From NCBI GenBank assembly GCA_040905445.1, contig JBBDRN010000043.1, positions 479-64,478 of the forward strand: 64,000 bases of DNA, written 5' to 3'. The first letter of the stretch is position 1. Every line of letters starts with the position of its first letter. Shown here in pieces: positions 53,520 to 62,193 of this stretch. Source of the DNA: Phycisphaeraceae bacterium (GTDB lineage: Bacteria > Planctomycetota > Phycisphaerae > Phycisphaerales > Phycisphaeraceae). Position numbers and translations under genes: made by a program. The notes beneath the pieces were generated by a model that was given only the letters and a program-made list of their open reading frames with translations, made no database searches and was not told where the DNA came from.

Positions 53520-54458
53520 CTACGTGGTGCGGCGGAGCCAGGCGGTCATGCGGTTGAGCAGTGAGCCGGTGCGCGGGGCGACGGCGTGACGGTCGATGCG
53601 GTGGGCGAGCCGGTGCATGCAGACGCCGGCGGGGCTGCGCGGCTGCTCGAGGACGAAGAGCTGTCGCTGGCGCACGGCCGCGGGCACCACCGGGTCGTGC
53701 GGGATGTAGCCGGCGAAGCGCGGCGTGAAGCCGAGGAACCGCCGGCAGACGGCGGCGACGCGCTCGTAGACGGAGCGGGCCTCGCGCTCGTCGGCGGCCT
53801 GGTTGACCAGGATGCGCGCGGCGGGCGGGTCCTGGCCGGCCTGGGCACGCTTGCGCGTGAGCGTCTTGATCAGCGCGTAGGCGTCGGTGATGGCGGTCGG
53901 CTCCGGCGTCGTGACGACGATGACTTCGTCGACGGCGACCAGGAAGCCGAGCACGTTGGGCCCGATGCCGGCACCGGTATCGATGATGAGCAGGTCGGCG
54001 GCCTGTTCGAGCAGGTGGAGCTGGTCGAGGAGGCGGTCGCGTTCGCTGTCGTTGAGCGCCGCCATCTGCGCGAGGCCCGACGCGCCGGGGATGAGGTGGA
54101 AGCCGCCGGGCGCGGGCGTGAGGACCTGGTGCAGTGACTTGCGGCCGGCGACGACGTGGGCGAGGTGGCCGGTGGGCGTGATGTTGCACAGGACGTCGGC
54201 ATTGGCGGTGCCGAGGTCGGCGTCGAGGAGAACGACGCGCCGGCCCATGGCGGCGAGCTGGGCGGCGAGGTTGACGCTGAGGGTGGTCTTGCCCACGCCA
54301 CCCTTGCCGCTGGTGATGGCGAGGGTGCGGGCGCCGGCGGGGGTGGATTTCGGATTTCGGATTTCGGATTTCGGAGGGGGCGCGGGGTCGGCGATGGCGG
54401 CGCGGGGTTGCGCCTGCTCGACCATTGCTCGAAGGGCGGTGGCCTGGTCGGTGGTCAT
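53520..54458 (-). CDS. flhG: flagellar number regulator FlhG/FleN (MinD/ParA ATPase)
   Basis: N-terminal DQATALR activator motif. Deviant Walker [13 protein letters not shown]. 4-nt overlap with the flhF stop. Confidence 0.88.
   Translation of the reverse strand: MTTDQATALRAMVEQAQPRAAIADPAPPPKSEIRNPKSTPAGARTLAITSGKGGVGKTTLSVNLAAQLAAMGRRVVLLDADLGTANADVLCNITPTGHLAHVVAGRKSLHQVLTPAPGGFHLIPGASGLAQMAALNDSERDRLLDQLHLLEQAADLLIIDTGAGIGPNVLGFLVAVDEVIVVTTPEPTAITDAYALIKTLTRKRAQAGQDPPAARILVNQAADEREARSVYERVAAVCRRFLGFTPRFAGYIPHDPVVPAAVRQRQLFVLEQPRSPAGVCMHRLAHRIDRHAVAPRTGSLLNRMTAWLRRTT
54345..54374. repeat. ATTTCGG heptamer array (about 4 copies) inside flhG coding sequence
   Basis: Encodes [10 protein letters not shown] in frame. 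Confidence 0.9.
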
Positions 54459-55936
54459 GACTTAAGGACTCCCTCTCCGAGCATCAGGGCGGCGAGGCGG
54501 TCGGCGCGGCCGGGCTCGATCTCGTGTGGTACTTCCTGCCCCGTGGTGACGTAGCTGAGGCGTTTGCGAACCTTGCGCATGACATTGAGCACCACGCCGA
54601 ACGTCACCGCCTCGTCGAGCTTCGTGAAGATGACGCGGTCCGCGGGGATACGGGCGAAGCGCTCGATGGTGTCTTCGAGGACCGACTGGGTGCAGGTCGA
54701 GGAGAGGACGAGGTGGACTTCGTCGGCGTCAGCGGCCTTGATGAAGCGGGCCAGCTCGTCCAGCCGCGGGTCGTCACGCTGCGACCGCCCGGCCGTATCG
54801 ATGAGCACCGCGTCGCAGTCGGCGAACTCCTGCACCGCCCGCTGCATCTCGTCGGGGCTCGTGACGACGCGCAGCGGCACGCCGATGATCCCCGCGTAGG
54901 TGCGGAGCTGGTCCACGGCGGCGATGCGGTAGGTGTCGATGGTGATCAGCGCGACCTTGAGTTGGCGCTTGAGCTTGAAGGTGGCGGCGAGCTTGGCGAT
55001 GGTGGTCGTCTTGCCCACGCCGGTCGGGCCGATCAGCGCGATCGTGCGCGGGCCTCGCTTGACGGCGGGGGTGGCGGCGGCGGCGTCGGACTCCGGATCG
55101 TCGGTGGGCATGAGCTGGGCGACGGCCTTCATGACGGCGCGGCGGCAGGCGTGCGCGTCCTCGAGTTCGCTCTGCTCCAGGCTCTGACGCACGTTGTCGA
55201 CGATTTCGCCCGCGAGTTCCTCGGCGACCTCCTGCTCGAGCAGTGACAGGTATTGATCGAACAGCTTATCAGGCATGTCGGAACGCGCCGCCGTGTCGCC
55301 GGTGGTGCGCTGCCGGCGGTCCTGGCTCATGCGGGCGACCATGCGCTTGATGGCGCGCATCTCGTCGGTGATCTGCCGGGGGTCGAAGAGGGCGGGCGAT
55401 TGTTGGTTGCTGGCTTCTGATTGCTGATTGGGGGCGACCGCGGGGGGGGACTCATTGCCCGGAGCGCTGACGTGCTGCGCCTCGCGGACACGGACGGGGT
55501 GGGGGGTGGGATCCGCGTCCGTCGAGGCCAGGGTCCACGGATTGGCATCCGTGGGCTTTGGCGTACTGACATCAGCGCGCGCGGCGGCGTAGGTGCGGCG
55601 GATGAGGTCGCCGGCGAGCTCGGGCCGTGCAGGTTGCGAGGCGGTTGAAGCCCATGGGTCGGCCTCCATGGGCTTGGCCGGCGACCGGCGCTGCTGGGCG
55701 CGCCGCGCCTCGGCGAGCAGCTCGCGGCGGCGGTCGTCCTGGGTCTTGCGCTGCTTGCGGCCGAGCTCGCGGCCGTCGGCGGCCGTGACCTCGACGTACG
55801 TGCGTGCCCCGACGCCGAGGATCCCGCCATGCTTGTAGCTGCGCGTGTGCAGGATCACGGCGTTGGCGCCGAGCAGGCGACGGACCTCGCCCAGCGCCTC
55901 GTGCATGGTCCTGGCGGTGACGGTCTTCAGGTTCAA
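54455..55936 (-). CDS. flhF: flagellar biosynthesis GTPase FlhF (SRP-type)
   Basis: B-domain N-terminus ([19 protein letters not shown]). G-domain [27 protein letters not shown]. Confidence 0.9.
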   Translation of the reverse strand: MNLKTVTARTMHEALGEVRRLLGANAVILHTRSYKHGGILGVGARTYVEVTAADGRELGRKQRKTQDDRRRELLAEARRAQQRRSPAKPMEADPWASTASQPARPELAGDLIRRTYAAARADVSTPKPTDANPWTLASTDADPTPHPVRVREAQHVSAPGNESPPAVAPNQQSEASNQQSPALFDPRQITDEMRAIKRMVARMSQDRRQRTTGDTAARSDMPDKLFDQYLSLLEQEVAEELAGEIVDNVRQSLEQSELEDAHACRRAVMKAVAQLMPTDDPESDAAAATPAVKRGPRTIALIGPTGVGKTTTIAKLAATFKLKRQLKVALITIDTYRIAAVDQLRTYAGIIGVPLRVVTSPDEMQRAVQEFADCDAVLIDTAGRSQRDDPRLDELARFIKAADADEVHLVLSSTCTQSVLEDTIERFARIPADRVIFTKLDEAVTFGVVLNVMRKVRKRLSYVTTGQEVPHEIEPGRADRLAALMLGEGVLKS

Positions 55937-58188
55937 ATCTGCACCCCTTCTCGTCGTGGCATGTTGACTTCCGTGTCCTCACCAAGCTGGACCAGGCCCA
56001 GCGACTCGACCTCCACACCCTTGCTCACCTCGTTGTACCCGAGCACCGCGGCCGTCGGGAGGTGCGGCTCGATGAGCTTGCGCAGGGCGGCGCGGACCTG
56101 CGGCGAGGCGAGCACGACGGGGTGGTGCCCGGCGCCGATCAATCGCTCGAGCTCGCCGAGCACCGCCCGCGTGATGCGGTTGCCGACGGCGGGCGGCATG
56201 GTCATGCTCGTGCCCTGGTCGCTGCGTTCAATATAACCGCTGATGCGATCCTCGATGGCGGGGTCGAGGCTGACGCAGTACAGCCGGGTCGTTGGCATCC
56301 CCCCCCCACCGCCACCGGCTGCGTGGCCGTTGCCGTTGCCGTTGCCGTGCATGTCGCCCTCGGTGGGCTGCTCGGTGACGATGTACTGGCTGCAGATGGT
56401 GCGGCGGAGCGCGTTGCGCACGTATTCGGTGAGCACGTCGAGGTCCCGGGTGCGTGACGTCCAGTCGCCGAGCGTCTCGACGACGGTTTCGAGGTCGCGG
56501 ATGGGCACGCGTTCGCGCAGCAGGTTCTGGAGCACCTTCTGCATCTCGGCGGGACGCAGGGCGGGGCTGTCGCCGCCGAGCACCTCTTCGCAGAGCTTGG
56601 GGGCCTTGTCCTTGAGCTGGGCGATGAGGTTGTTGGTCTCCTCCCGGGAGAGCAGTTCGTGGGCGTGGCTGCGGACAAGCTCGGTGAGGTGGGTGGCGAG
56701 CACGCTGGCGGCGTCGACGACGGTGTAGTTGAGCGCCTCGGCGCGCTGCTTCTGGCCGGCGTCGATCCAGACGGCCTCGAGTCCGAATGCCGGCTCGCGC
56801 GTGCGCGTGCCGGGCAGGGGCTCGGAGGCGAGGCCGCTGTCCATGGCCATGAACTGCCCGGGGAAGACCTGGCCGGAGGCGATGGCGTTGCCGCGGAGCT
56901 TGACGCGGTATTCGTGGGGGGCGAGCTGCATGTTGTCGCGGATGCGCACCGGGGGCATGACGCAGCCGAGCTCGCCGGCAAGCTGGCGCCGGATGGCGCT
57001 GATGCGGTCGAGCAGGTCGCCGCCCTGGGATTGATCGACGAGGCGGACCAGGGCGTAGCCGACCTCGAGCTCGAGCGTGTCGACCTGGATGGCCTGCTCG
57101 ATGGGGGCAGGCTCGGCGGCGTCGGCGTCGGCCTGGTCCTTGTCGCGCTTGGCCTGGGAGGCGTCGGCGTCGCGGCGGTCGCCGGCCCGTTTGAGGATGA
57201 GACTGAGCACGCCGAGGCACCCGGCGAGCAGGAGCATCGGGAGCATCGGGAGCCCGGTGAACGCCATGAGCACGAGGAAGCCGGCGGTGATGGCGAGCGC
57301 CGCGTGGCGGGCGGTGAGCTGGCGGGTGATCTCGGTGCCGAGGTCCTGGCGGCTGGAGGAGCGGGTGACGATCAGGCCCGCGGCGAGCGAGACGACGAAC
57401 GCGGGCAACTGCGAAACCAGCCCGTCGCCGATCGTGAGCATCGTGAAGACCTGGACGGACTCGACGAAGGACCAGCCCTTGATGGCCATGCCGATGGCGA
57501 AGCCGCCGATGAGGTTGATGACGGTGATGATGATGCCGGCGATGGCGTCGCCACGGACGAACTTGGCGGCACCGTCCATGGCGCCGTAGAAGTCGGCCTC
57601 CTGGGAGATGCGTTCGCGTCGCCCCTTGGCCTCCTGCTCGTTGATGAGCCCGGCGTTCAAGTCCGCGTCGATGGCCATCTGCTTGCCGGGCATCGCATCG
57701 AGGGTGAAGCGCGCGGCGACTTCGCTGATGCGCGTCGCACCCTTGGTGATGACGACAAACTGCACGATGATGAGGATGACGAACAGGATGCCGCCGACGA
57801 CGGGCGACGCGCCGGCGACGAACTCGGCGAAGGCCTCGATGACCCGGCCGGCGACGGCGGTGGCCTGCTCGGGCGTCGCGGCGTCGGCGGTGAGGATCAT
57901 GCGCGTGGTGGCGATGTTGAGCACGAGACGGAAGAGCGTCGTGGCCAGCAGCAGCGAGGGGAAGCCGGAGAAATCGAGCGGGCTCTCGACGAACAGCGTG
58001 GTCAGCAGAATGACGGCCGCGAGAGCGAGGTTGGCGGCGATGAGCACGTCCATGACGGCCGGCGGCATGGGCACGACGATGACGCCGAGCAGCCCGATGC
58101 AGACGATGGGCAGCAGCAGCGACCGGTAACGGCGCGCGCGCTCGGCCCAGGCGGGGGTGAGCAGCGGGTTGTTGTTGGCGGTGGGCAT
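55933..58188 (-). CDS. flhA: flagellar export apparatus protein FlhA
   Basis: Conserved FlhA TM region (PSLLLATTLFRLVLNIATTRMIL, GAMDGAAKFVRGDAIAG) and cytoplasmic domain. ATG 58188 is preferred because TTG 58209 lies inside a repeat. Confidence 0.95.
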   Translation of the reverse strand: MPTANNNPLLTPAWAERARRYRSLLLPIVCIGLLGVIVVPMPPAVMDVLIAANLALAAVILLTTLFVESPLDFSGFPSLLLATTLFRLVLNIATTRMILTADAATPEQATAVAGRVIEAFAEFVAGASPVVGGILFVILIIVQFVVITKGATRISEVAARFTLDAMPGKQMAIDADLNAGLINEQEAKGRRERISQEADFYGAMDGAAKFVRGDAIAGIIITVINLIGGFAIGMAIKGWSFVESVQVFTMLTIGDGLVSQLPAFVVSLAAGLIVTRSSSRQDLGTEITRQLTARHAALAITAGFLVLMAFTGLPMLPMLLLAGCLGVLSLILKRAGDRRDADASQAKRDKDQADADAAEPAPIEQAIQVDTLELEVGYALVRLVDQSQGGDLLDRISAIRRQLAGELGCVMPPVRIRDNMQLAPHEYRVKLRGNAIASGQVFPGQFMAMDSGLASEPLPGTRTREPAFGLEAVWIDAGQKQRAEALNYTVVDAASVLATHLTELVRSHAHELLSREETNNLIAQLKDKAPKLCEEVLGGDSPALRPAEMQKVLQNLLRERVPIRDLETVVETLGDWTSRTRDLDVLTEYVRNALRRTICSQYIVTEQPTEGDMHGNGNGNGHAAGGGGGGMPTTRLYCVSLDPAIEDRISGYIERSDQGTSMTMPPAVGNRITRAVLGELERLIGAGHHPVVLASPQVRAALRKLIEPHLPTAAVLGYNEVSKGVEVESLGLVQLGEDTEVNMPRREGVQI

Positions 58189-58202
58189 GGTGCGGGAGCC
58201 GG

Positions 58203-58245
58203 GAGTCAAGGAAGTCAGGAGTCAGGGAAGTCGGGGAAGTTGGAG
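58203..58245. repeat. left inverted repeat flanking the four-helix-bundle gene (GGAAGTCAGG words)
   Basis: AAGTCAGGAGTCAGGGAAGTCG plus about 9 more nt recur inverted at 58671-58727. Confidence 0.85.
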
Positions 58246-58262
58246 TGGTTGCGGAAGGTTGG

Positions 58263-58664
58263 TTAGCGGCTGGCGCGGATGGCGGAGGCGTAACGGTGGA
58301 GCAGGCGGCTGATTTCCTCCAAGTCGCCCATGGGTGAAGTCTCGTTGAGGTAGCCGAGGTCCTGCGCGAGAATGAAGTAGTAGCGCACTTCCTCGAGTGA
58401 GCCTTCGGCAATGTTGAGGAAGCGGGCTTTGTCGGCGCGGCTCTGCTTGCGAAATCCCTCGGCGATGTTGGCGGGGATGGAGACGGCGGCGCGTCGCAAC
58501 TGAGCGGTGAGGCCATACATCTCGTGCTTTGGGAAGCTCGCGGTGAATCGGTAGATGCAAAGTGCCATGGCGTGAGCCTTTCGCCACACCACGAGGTCCT
58601 GAAAGCTACGCGCGGCGCGCCTTTCCGATCCGCTGCTGGTCTGACTCGCCTTCTCATCGTTCAT
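58263..58664 (-). CDS. four-helix-bundle protein (TIGR02436; 23S rRNA intervening-sequence protein / Avd-like family)
   Basis: 133 aa. FQDLVVWRKAHAMALCIYRFTASFPKHEMYGLTAQLRRAAVSIPANIAEGF...FLNIAEGSLEEVRYY is the family hallmark. Confidence 0.85.
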   Translation of the reverse strand: MNDEKASQTSSGSERRAARSFQDLVVWRKAHAMALCIYRFTASFPKHEMYGLTAQLRRAAVSIPANIAEGFRKQSRADKARFLNIAEGSLEEVRYYFILAQDLGYLNETSPMGDLEEISRLLHRYASAIRASR

Positions 58665-58670
58665 CGTCAA

Positions 58671-58727
58671 CTCCTGACTCCCCACTTCCTCGACTTCCCT
58701 GACTCCTGACTTCCCTGACTTCCGTCT
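58671..58727. repeat. right inverted repeat flanking the four-helix-bundle gene
   Basis: The reverse complement contains the same 22-mer AAGTCAGGAGTCAGGGAAGTCG. Confidence 0.85.
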
Positions 58728-58732
58728 CCCCT

Positions 58733-59803
58733 TCACGCGCTGCGGCGTTCGCCGAGGCGATACACGTAGGCGAGGATCTCGGCGACGGCGGTGTAGTGCT
58801 CGGGTGGGACCTCCTGGCCGATCTCCACGCCAGCGTAGAGCGCCTGGGCCAGGGGCTTGCGCTCGACGATCGGGATGCCGTGCGTCGCGGCGATCTGTCG
58901 GATGCGCATCGCCAGGAAGTCCGCCCCCTTGGCGATGACCTTCGGGGCCCGCATCGTCTCGCTGTCGTAACGCAGCGCCACGGCATAATGCGTCGGGTTG
59001 GTGACGATGACGTCGGCGGAAGGCACCTGCTGAGCGATGCGCTGCATGGCGATCTGTCGCGCGACCCGCGTGCGGCGCTGCTTGACGAGCGGATCGCCTT
59101 CCATGCGCTTCATCTCCTCCTTGACCTCCTGCTTGCTCATCTTGAGGTCTCGCTCGTGCTGCCAACGCTGGAAGAGGTAGTCAAGGATGGCGAGCACGAT
59201 CAACAGGATCACGAGCTGGATCGTGACCGCGAAGACGATCTCACTCGCGGCGGTGAACGCGGGCGCGGTATCGAGCTGCCCGAGGCGCATGATGCGCGGC
59301 AGCTCCTGGTAGATGAGAATCACCGCCAGGCCGAGAATCACCGCGACCTTGGCCATGCTCATGACGAAGCGCATGCCGGCCCGCGCGTTGACGAGGTTCT
59401 TGACGCCCTTGAGCGGCGAGAGCTTGCTGAACTTGGGCGTGAGCGGCTCGAGCGTGATCATGAAGCCGACCTGCGCGACGTTGATCAACAGCACCACGGC
59501 GAAGATGGTGAGCATGACGGGCATGAGCGTGCCCGCCACGAGGCGCAGCGCGAAGTGCGTGATCGCCTCGAGCTCATCGAGGCGCGCGAGGTTGGACGCG
59601 TGCGCGCCGGTGAGCATGGCGTGCGCGGCGACGTGCAGCGAGTCCCAGACACGCCGGCCGAGGAAGAAGAACATCACGACCGCCGCGAGCAGCGCGAAGG
59701 CCGCGGTCAGGTCAGTGGATCGCGCCACCTGCCCCTGCTCGCGCGCCTGCTCGCGCTTGCGCGGCGTCGCCGGCTCGGTTTTTTCGAAGTTGTCTTCAGC
59801 CAT
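58733..59803 (-). CDS. flhB: flagellar export apparatus protein FlhB
   Basis: EKTEPATPRKREQAREQGQVARS N-terminus, four TM segments, NPTHYAVAL autocleavage motif. Confidence 0.93.
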   Translation of the reverse strand: MAEDNFEKTEPATPRKREQAREQGQVARSTDLTAAFALLAAVVMFFFLGRRVWDSLHVAAHAMLTGAHASNLARLDELEAITHFALRLVAGTLMPVMLTIFAVVLLINVAQVGFMITLEPLTPKFSKLSPLKGVKNLVNARAGMRFVMSMAKVAVILGLAVILIYQELPRIMRLGQLDTAPAFTAASEIVFAVTIQLVILLIVLAILDYLFQRWQHERDLKMSKQEVKEEMKRMEGDPLVKQRRTRVARQIAMQRIAQQVPSADVIVTNPTHYAVALRYDSETMRAPKVIAKGADFLAMRIRQIAATHGIPIVERKPLAQALYAGVEIGQEVPPEHYTAVAEILAYVYRLGERRSA

Positions 59804-59832
59804 GGATCCGGGTCGTCATGGAAGCAGTCACC

Positions 59833-59911
59833 AATGAACACGCATGGACACGAATATGGAGAGGACTATCCCCGTGTTTTTCCCGAATTTTGTGTTCGTT
59901 CGTGTTCATTT
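59833..59911. repeat. inverted repeat (AATGAACACG word) in the fliR-flhB spacer
   Basis: 10-bp perfect outer stem 59833-59842 / 59902-59911, with partial complementarity further in. Confidence 0.7.
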
Positions 59912-59914
59912 TTG

Positions 59915-60724
59915 TTAGGACATTGCAAAAAAGCTGTAGACGCGTCGGAGCATGAACTGGACGGCGTCCTGGTAAAGGTAGACGATCAGGCCGACGCAGA
60001 TGACGAGCATGAGGCCGCCGACGACGGAGCGCAGGGCGAAGCCGACGCTGAGGATGTTGAGCCCGGGGACAGTTCGCGCGACGAAGCCGAGGGCGAGTGT
60101 CTCGAGGAAGATGAGGCAGATGATCGGCAGGGCGATGCGGATGGCGATTTCGAAGGCGGCGGTCAGCAGGCCGAGCATGAGCTGGAGCAGCGAAGCGAAG
60201 GCTTCGAAGCCACCAAGGGGGATGTGATCGAAGCTGCCGACGAGGGTCATGAGCATGACGCGATGGCCGCCGAGGATGACGAAGACGACGGTGGCGGTGA
60301 TGAAGAAGAACTCGCCGACGACGGTGGACTCCTCGTTCAGGTCGGGGTTGAAGACGCCGGCCGAGCCGGGGAAAACCTGCTGGTCGAGCAGTTGCCCGCC
60401 GACCTGCATGGCGATGAGCGGGAGCGTGGCGGCATAGCCGATGGCGAGGCCGATGAGCAGCTCGAGCCCGACGGCGGCACCGAGGGTCCAGAGGTTCATC
60501 GACGCGCCGAGCGCGCTGCCGAGATGGGTCGCAGCCTCACGGCCGGGTTCGAGGAGCATGGGGTAGATGCAGAACGAGAGGCCGACGACGAGAAAGACCT
60601 TGGCATGGCGCAGGATGGCCGGGCTGCCGAGCACAGGCGCGAGCAGGAAGATGCCGGTGAGGCGGAAGAGGACCATCAGCCAGATGGGCAGGTGGTCGAG
60701 CAGTGGTCGGAGGTCGGCGGGCAT
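59915..60724 (-). CDS. fliR: flagellar export apparatus protein FliR
   Basis: 269-aa polytopic protein. WLMVLFRLTGIFLLAPVLGS is a typical FliR start. Position between fliQ and flhB fits. Confidence 0.9.
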   Translation of the reverse strand: MPADLRPLLDHLPIWLMVLFRLTGIFLLAPVLGSPAILRHAKVFLVVGLSFCIYPMLLEPGREAATHLGSALGASMNLWTLGAAVGLELLIGLAIGYAATLPLIAMQVGGQLLDQQVFPGSAGVFNPDLNEESTVVGEFFFITATVVFVILGGHRVMLMTLVGSFDHIPLGGFEAFASLLQLMLGLLTAAFEIAIRIALPIICLIFLETLALGFVARTVPGLNILSVGFALRSVVGGLMLVICVGLIVYLYQDAVQFMLRRVYSFFAMS

Positions 60725-60734
60725 GGGGGCGTCT

Positions 60735-60779
60735 TGATTTCTGATTGCTGATTTGGAATTCGGATTTCGGATTTGGAAC
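60735..60779. repeat. degenerate heptamer array (GATTTCT GATTGCT GATTTGG AATTCGG ATTTCGG ATTTGGA) in the fliQ-fliR spacer
   Basis: Read directly. Confidence 0.85.
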
Positions 60780-60793
60780 GGTGGAAGGTTGTG

Positions 60794-61048
60794 CTAATAC
60801 CCGCCGAACATTCGTTCGGCGAAGTCGAGGATTTTCATGCATATCCACGGCATGACGAAAATGGCGACGATGCCCATGCCGAGGATTTTGGGGACGAAGC
60901 TGAGCGTCTGCTCCTGCACCTGCGTGACCGCCTGCAGCACGCTGACCACCAGGCCGATCGTGAGCGCGGCCGCGAGGATCGGGAAGCTCAGCACGAGCAT
61001 GAGCCCGAGCGACTCGCGGAGCATGTCGATGGCTTGTTCAATGGTCAT
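60794..61048 (-). CDS. fliQ: flagellar export apparatus protein FliQ
   Basis: 84 aa with two TM segments. LVVSVLQAVTQVQEQTLSFVPKI motif. Start set at the internal Met MTIEQAIDML. Confidence 0.9.
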   Translation of the reverse strand: MTIEQAIDMLRESLGLMLVLSFPILAAALTIGLVVSVLQAVTQVQEQTLSFVPKILGMGIVAIFVMPWICMKILDFAERMFGGY

Positions 61049-61077
61049 GGGTGCGGATCCGCAAGGCGTTACCAAAG

Positions 61078-61245
61078 ATGCACAGAGACACGGAGGGGAC
61101 GGCGGAGCTGGCTTGGCGTGTTATTCGGGTTTTTTTGTGTGTATCGGGGCTGCGCGAAGCCGCGAGCGGCCGCCCGGCATCGATCTGTGTTCATCCGTGT
61201 TCATCTGTGACTGCTTTCTTCGTCCTCTCTGTGTCTCTGTGTCTC
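61078..61245. repeat. inverted repeat (CACAGAGACAC word) plus GTGTTCATC word in the fliP-fliQ spacer
   Basis: Arms at about 61078-61101 and 61222-61245, 11 nt perfect then partial. GTGTTCATCCGTGTTCATCTGTG at 61183-61211. Confidence 0.75.
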
Positions 61246-61251
61246 GCGCTT

Positions 61252-62193
61252 CTATCCGCTGCCGACGACGGCGAAGCTGTTGAGCAGGTTGCCCGCGACG
61301 AGGTTCCAGCCGTCGACCATCACGAACAGCAGCAGCTTGAACGGAAGACTTATGAGGATGGGTGGCAACATCAGCATGCCCATGGAGATGAGAATGCTGG
61401 CGACGACCATATCGATGATGAGGAACGGCAGGTAGAGCCGGAAGCCGATGAGGAAGGCCACCTTGAGCTCGCTCAAGACGAAGGCGGGGATGAGGGTGAG
61501 CATGTCGACGTCGGCGCGTGTCAGGTCGCCGGGGCTGGTCGTGTCGACGCCGCGGTAGTTGAGGATCATGTAGACGTCGTCCCAGTTGCCCGCGTGCTCG
61601 ATCTGGGCGAACATGAAGTCGCGCACCGGCTGCTTGGCCTGGGTCCATGCCTGGAGCTGGGTGATGCTGCCGGCCTGGAGAGGTTGGATGGCCTCGGTGT
61701 TGACGCGTTCGATGGTGGGCGCCATGACGAGGAAGGTCATGAACAGCGACAGGCCGACGATGACCTGCGACGGCGGCAGGGACTGCGTGCCCATCGCCTG
61801 CCGCAGCAGGGCCAGGACGACGACGATGCGCGTGAAGCTCGTGCACATCACGAGAATCGCGGGCGCGAGCGAAAGAATCGTCAGCAGCAGGATGATCGAC
61901 AGCGAAGCGCTCAGCGCTGGCCCACCATCGTCGGCCCCCGCGCCCGCCGCCTCGCCGTCGCCGCCCATCGGCAGCGCCCGGCTGGCGTGCTCGAGGATCG
62001 ACAGCGGGTTGGTGAGGTCGACGGCCTCGGCGCGCTGCTCGACGGCCTGCGCGTGCGCGAGGCCCGGCGCGGCAAGAAGCACGCCCGCCAGCAGCGCGAT
62101 GAGCAGCAGCACCGGCGGACAGGCCGAGCGCGGCGCGCGGGCTTCGCGACGCTCAAGCCATGGCCGCGACACGTTGTGAGCTGACCCGGTCAT
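61252..62193 (-). CDS. fliP: flagellar export apparatus protein FliP
   Basis: LTILSLAPAILVMCTSFTRIVVVLALLRQAMG and LPFKLLLFVMVDGW motifs. Long signal/N-terminal region. Confidence 0.93.
   Translation of the reverse strand: MTGSAHNVSRPWLERREARAPRSACPPVLLLIALLAGVLLAAPGLAHAQAVEQRAEAVDLTNPLSILEHASRALPMGGDGEAAGAGADDGGPALSASLSIILLLTILSLAPAILVMCTSFTRIVVVLALLRQAMGTQSLPPSQVIVGLSLFMTFLVMAPTIERVNTEAIQPLQAGSITQLQAWTQAKQPVRDFMFAQIEHAGNWDDVYMILNYRGVDTTSPGDLTRADVDMLTLIPAFVLSELKVAFLIGFRLYLPFLIIDMVVASILISMGMLMLPPILISLPFKLLLFVMVDGWNLVAGNLLNSFAVVGSG

Noticed and set aside
58263-58664. The four-helix-bundle gene as the Avd component of a diversity-generating retroelement.
   Set aside because: No reverse transcriptase ORF and no template/variable repeat pair are present in the window. 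Only the inverted word repeats flank it.
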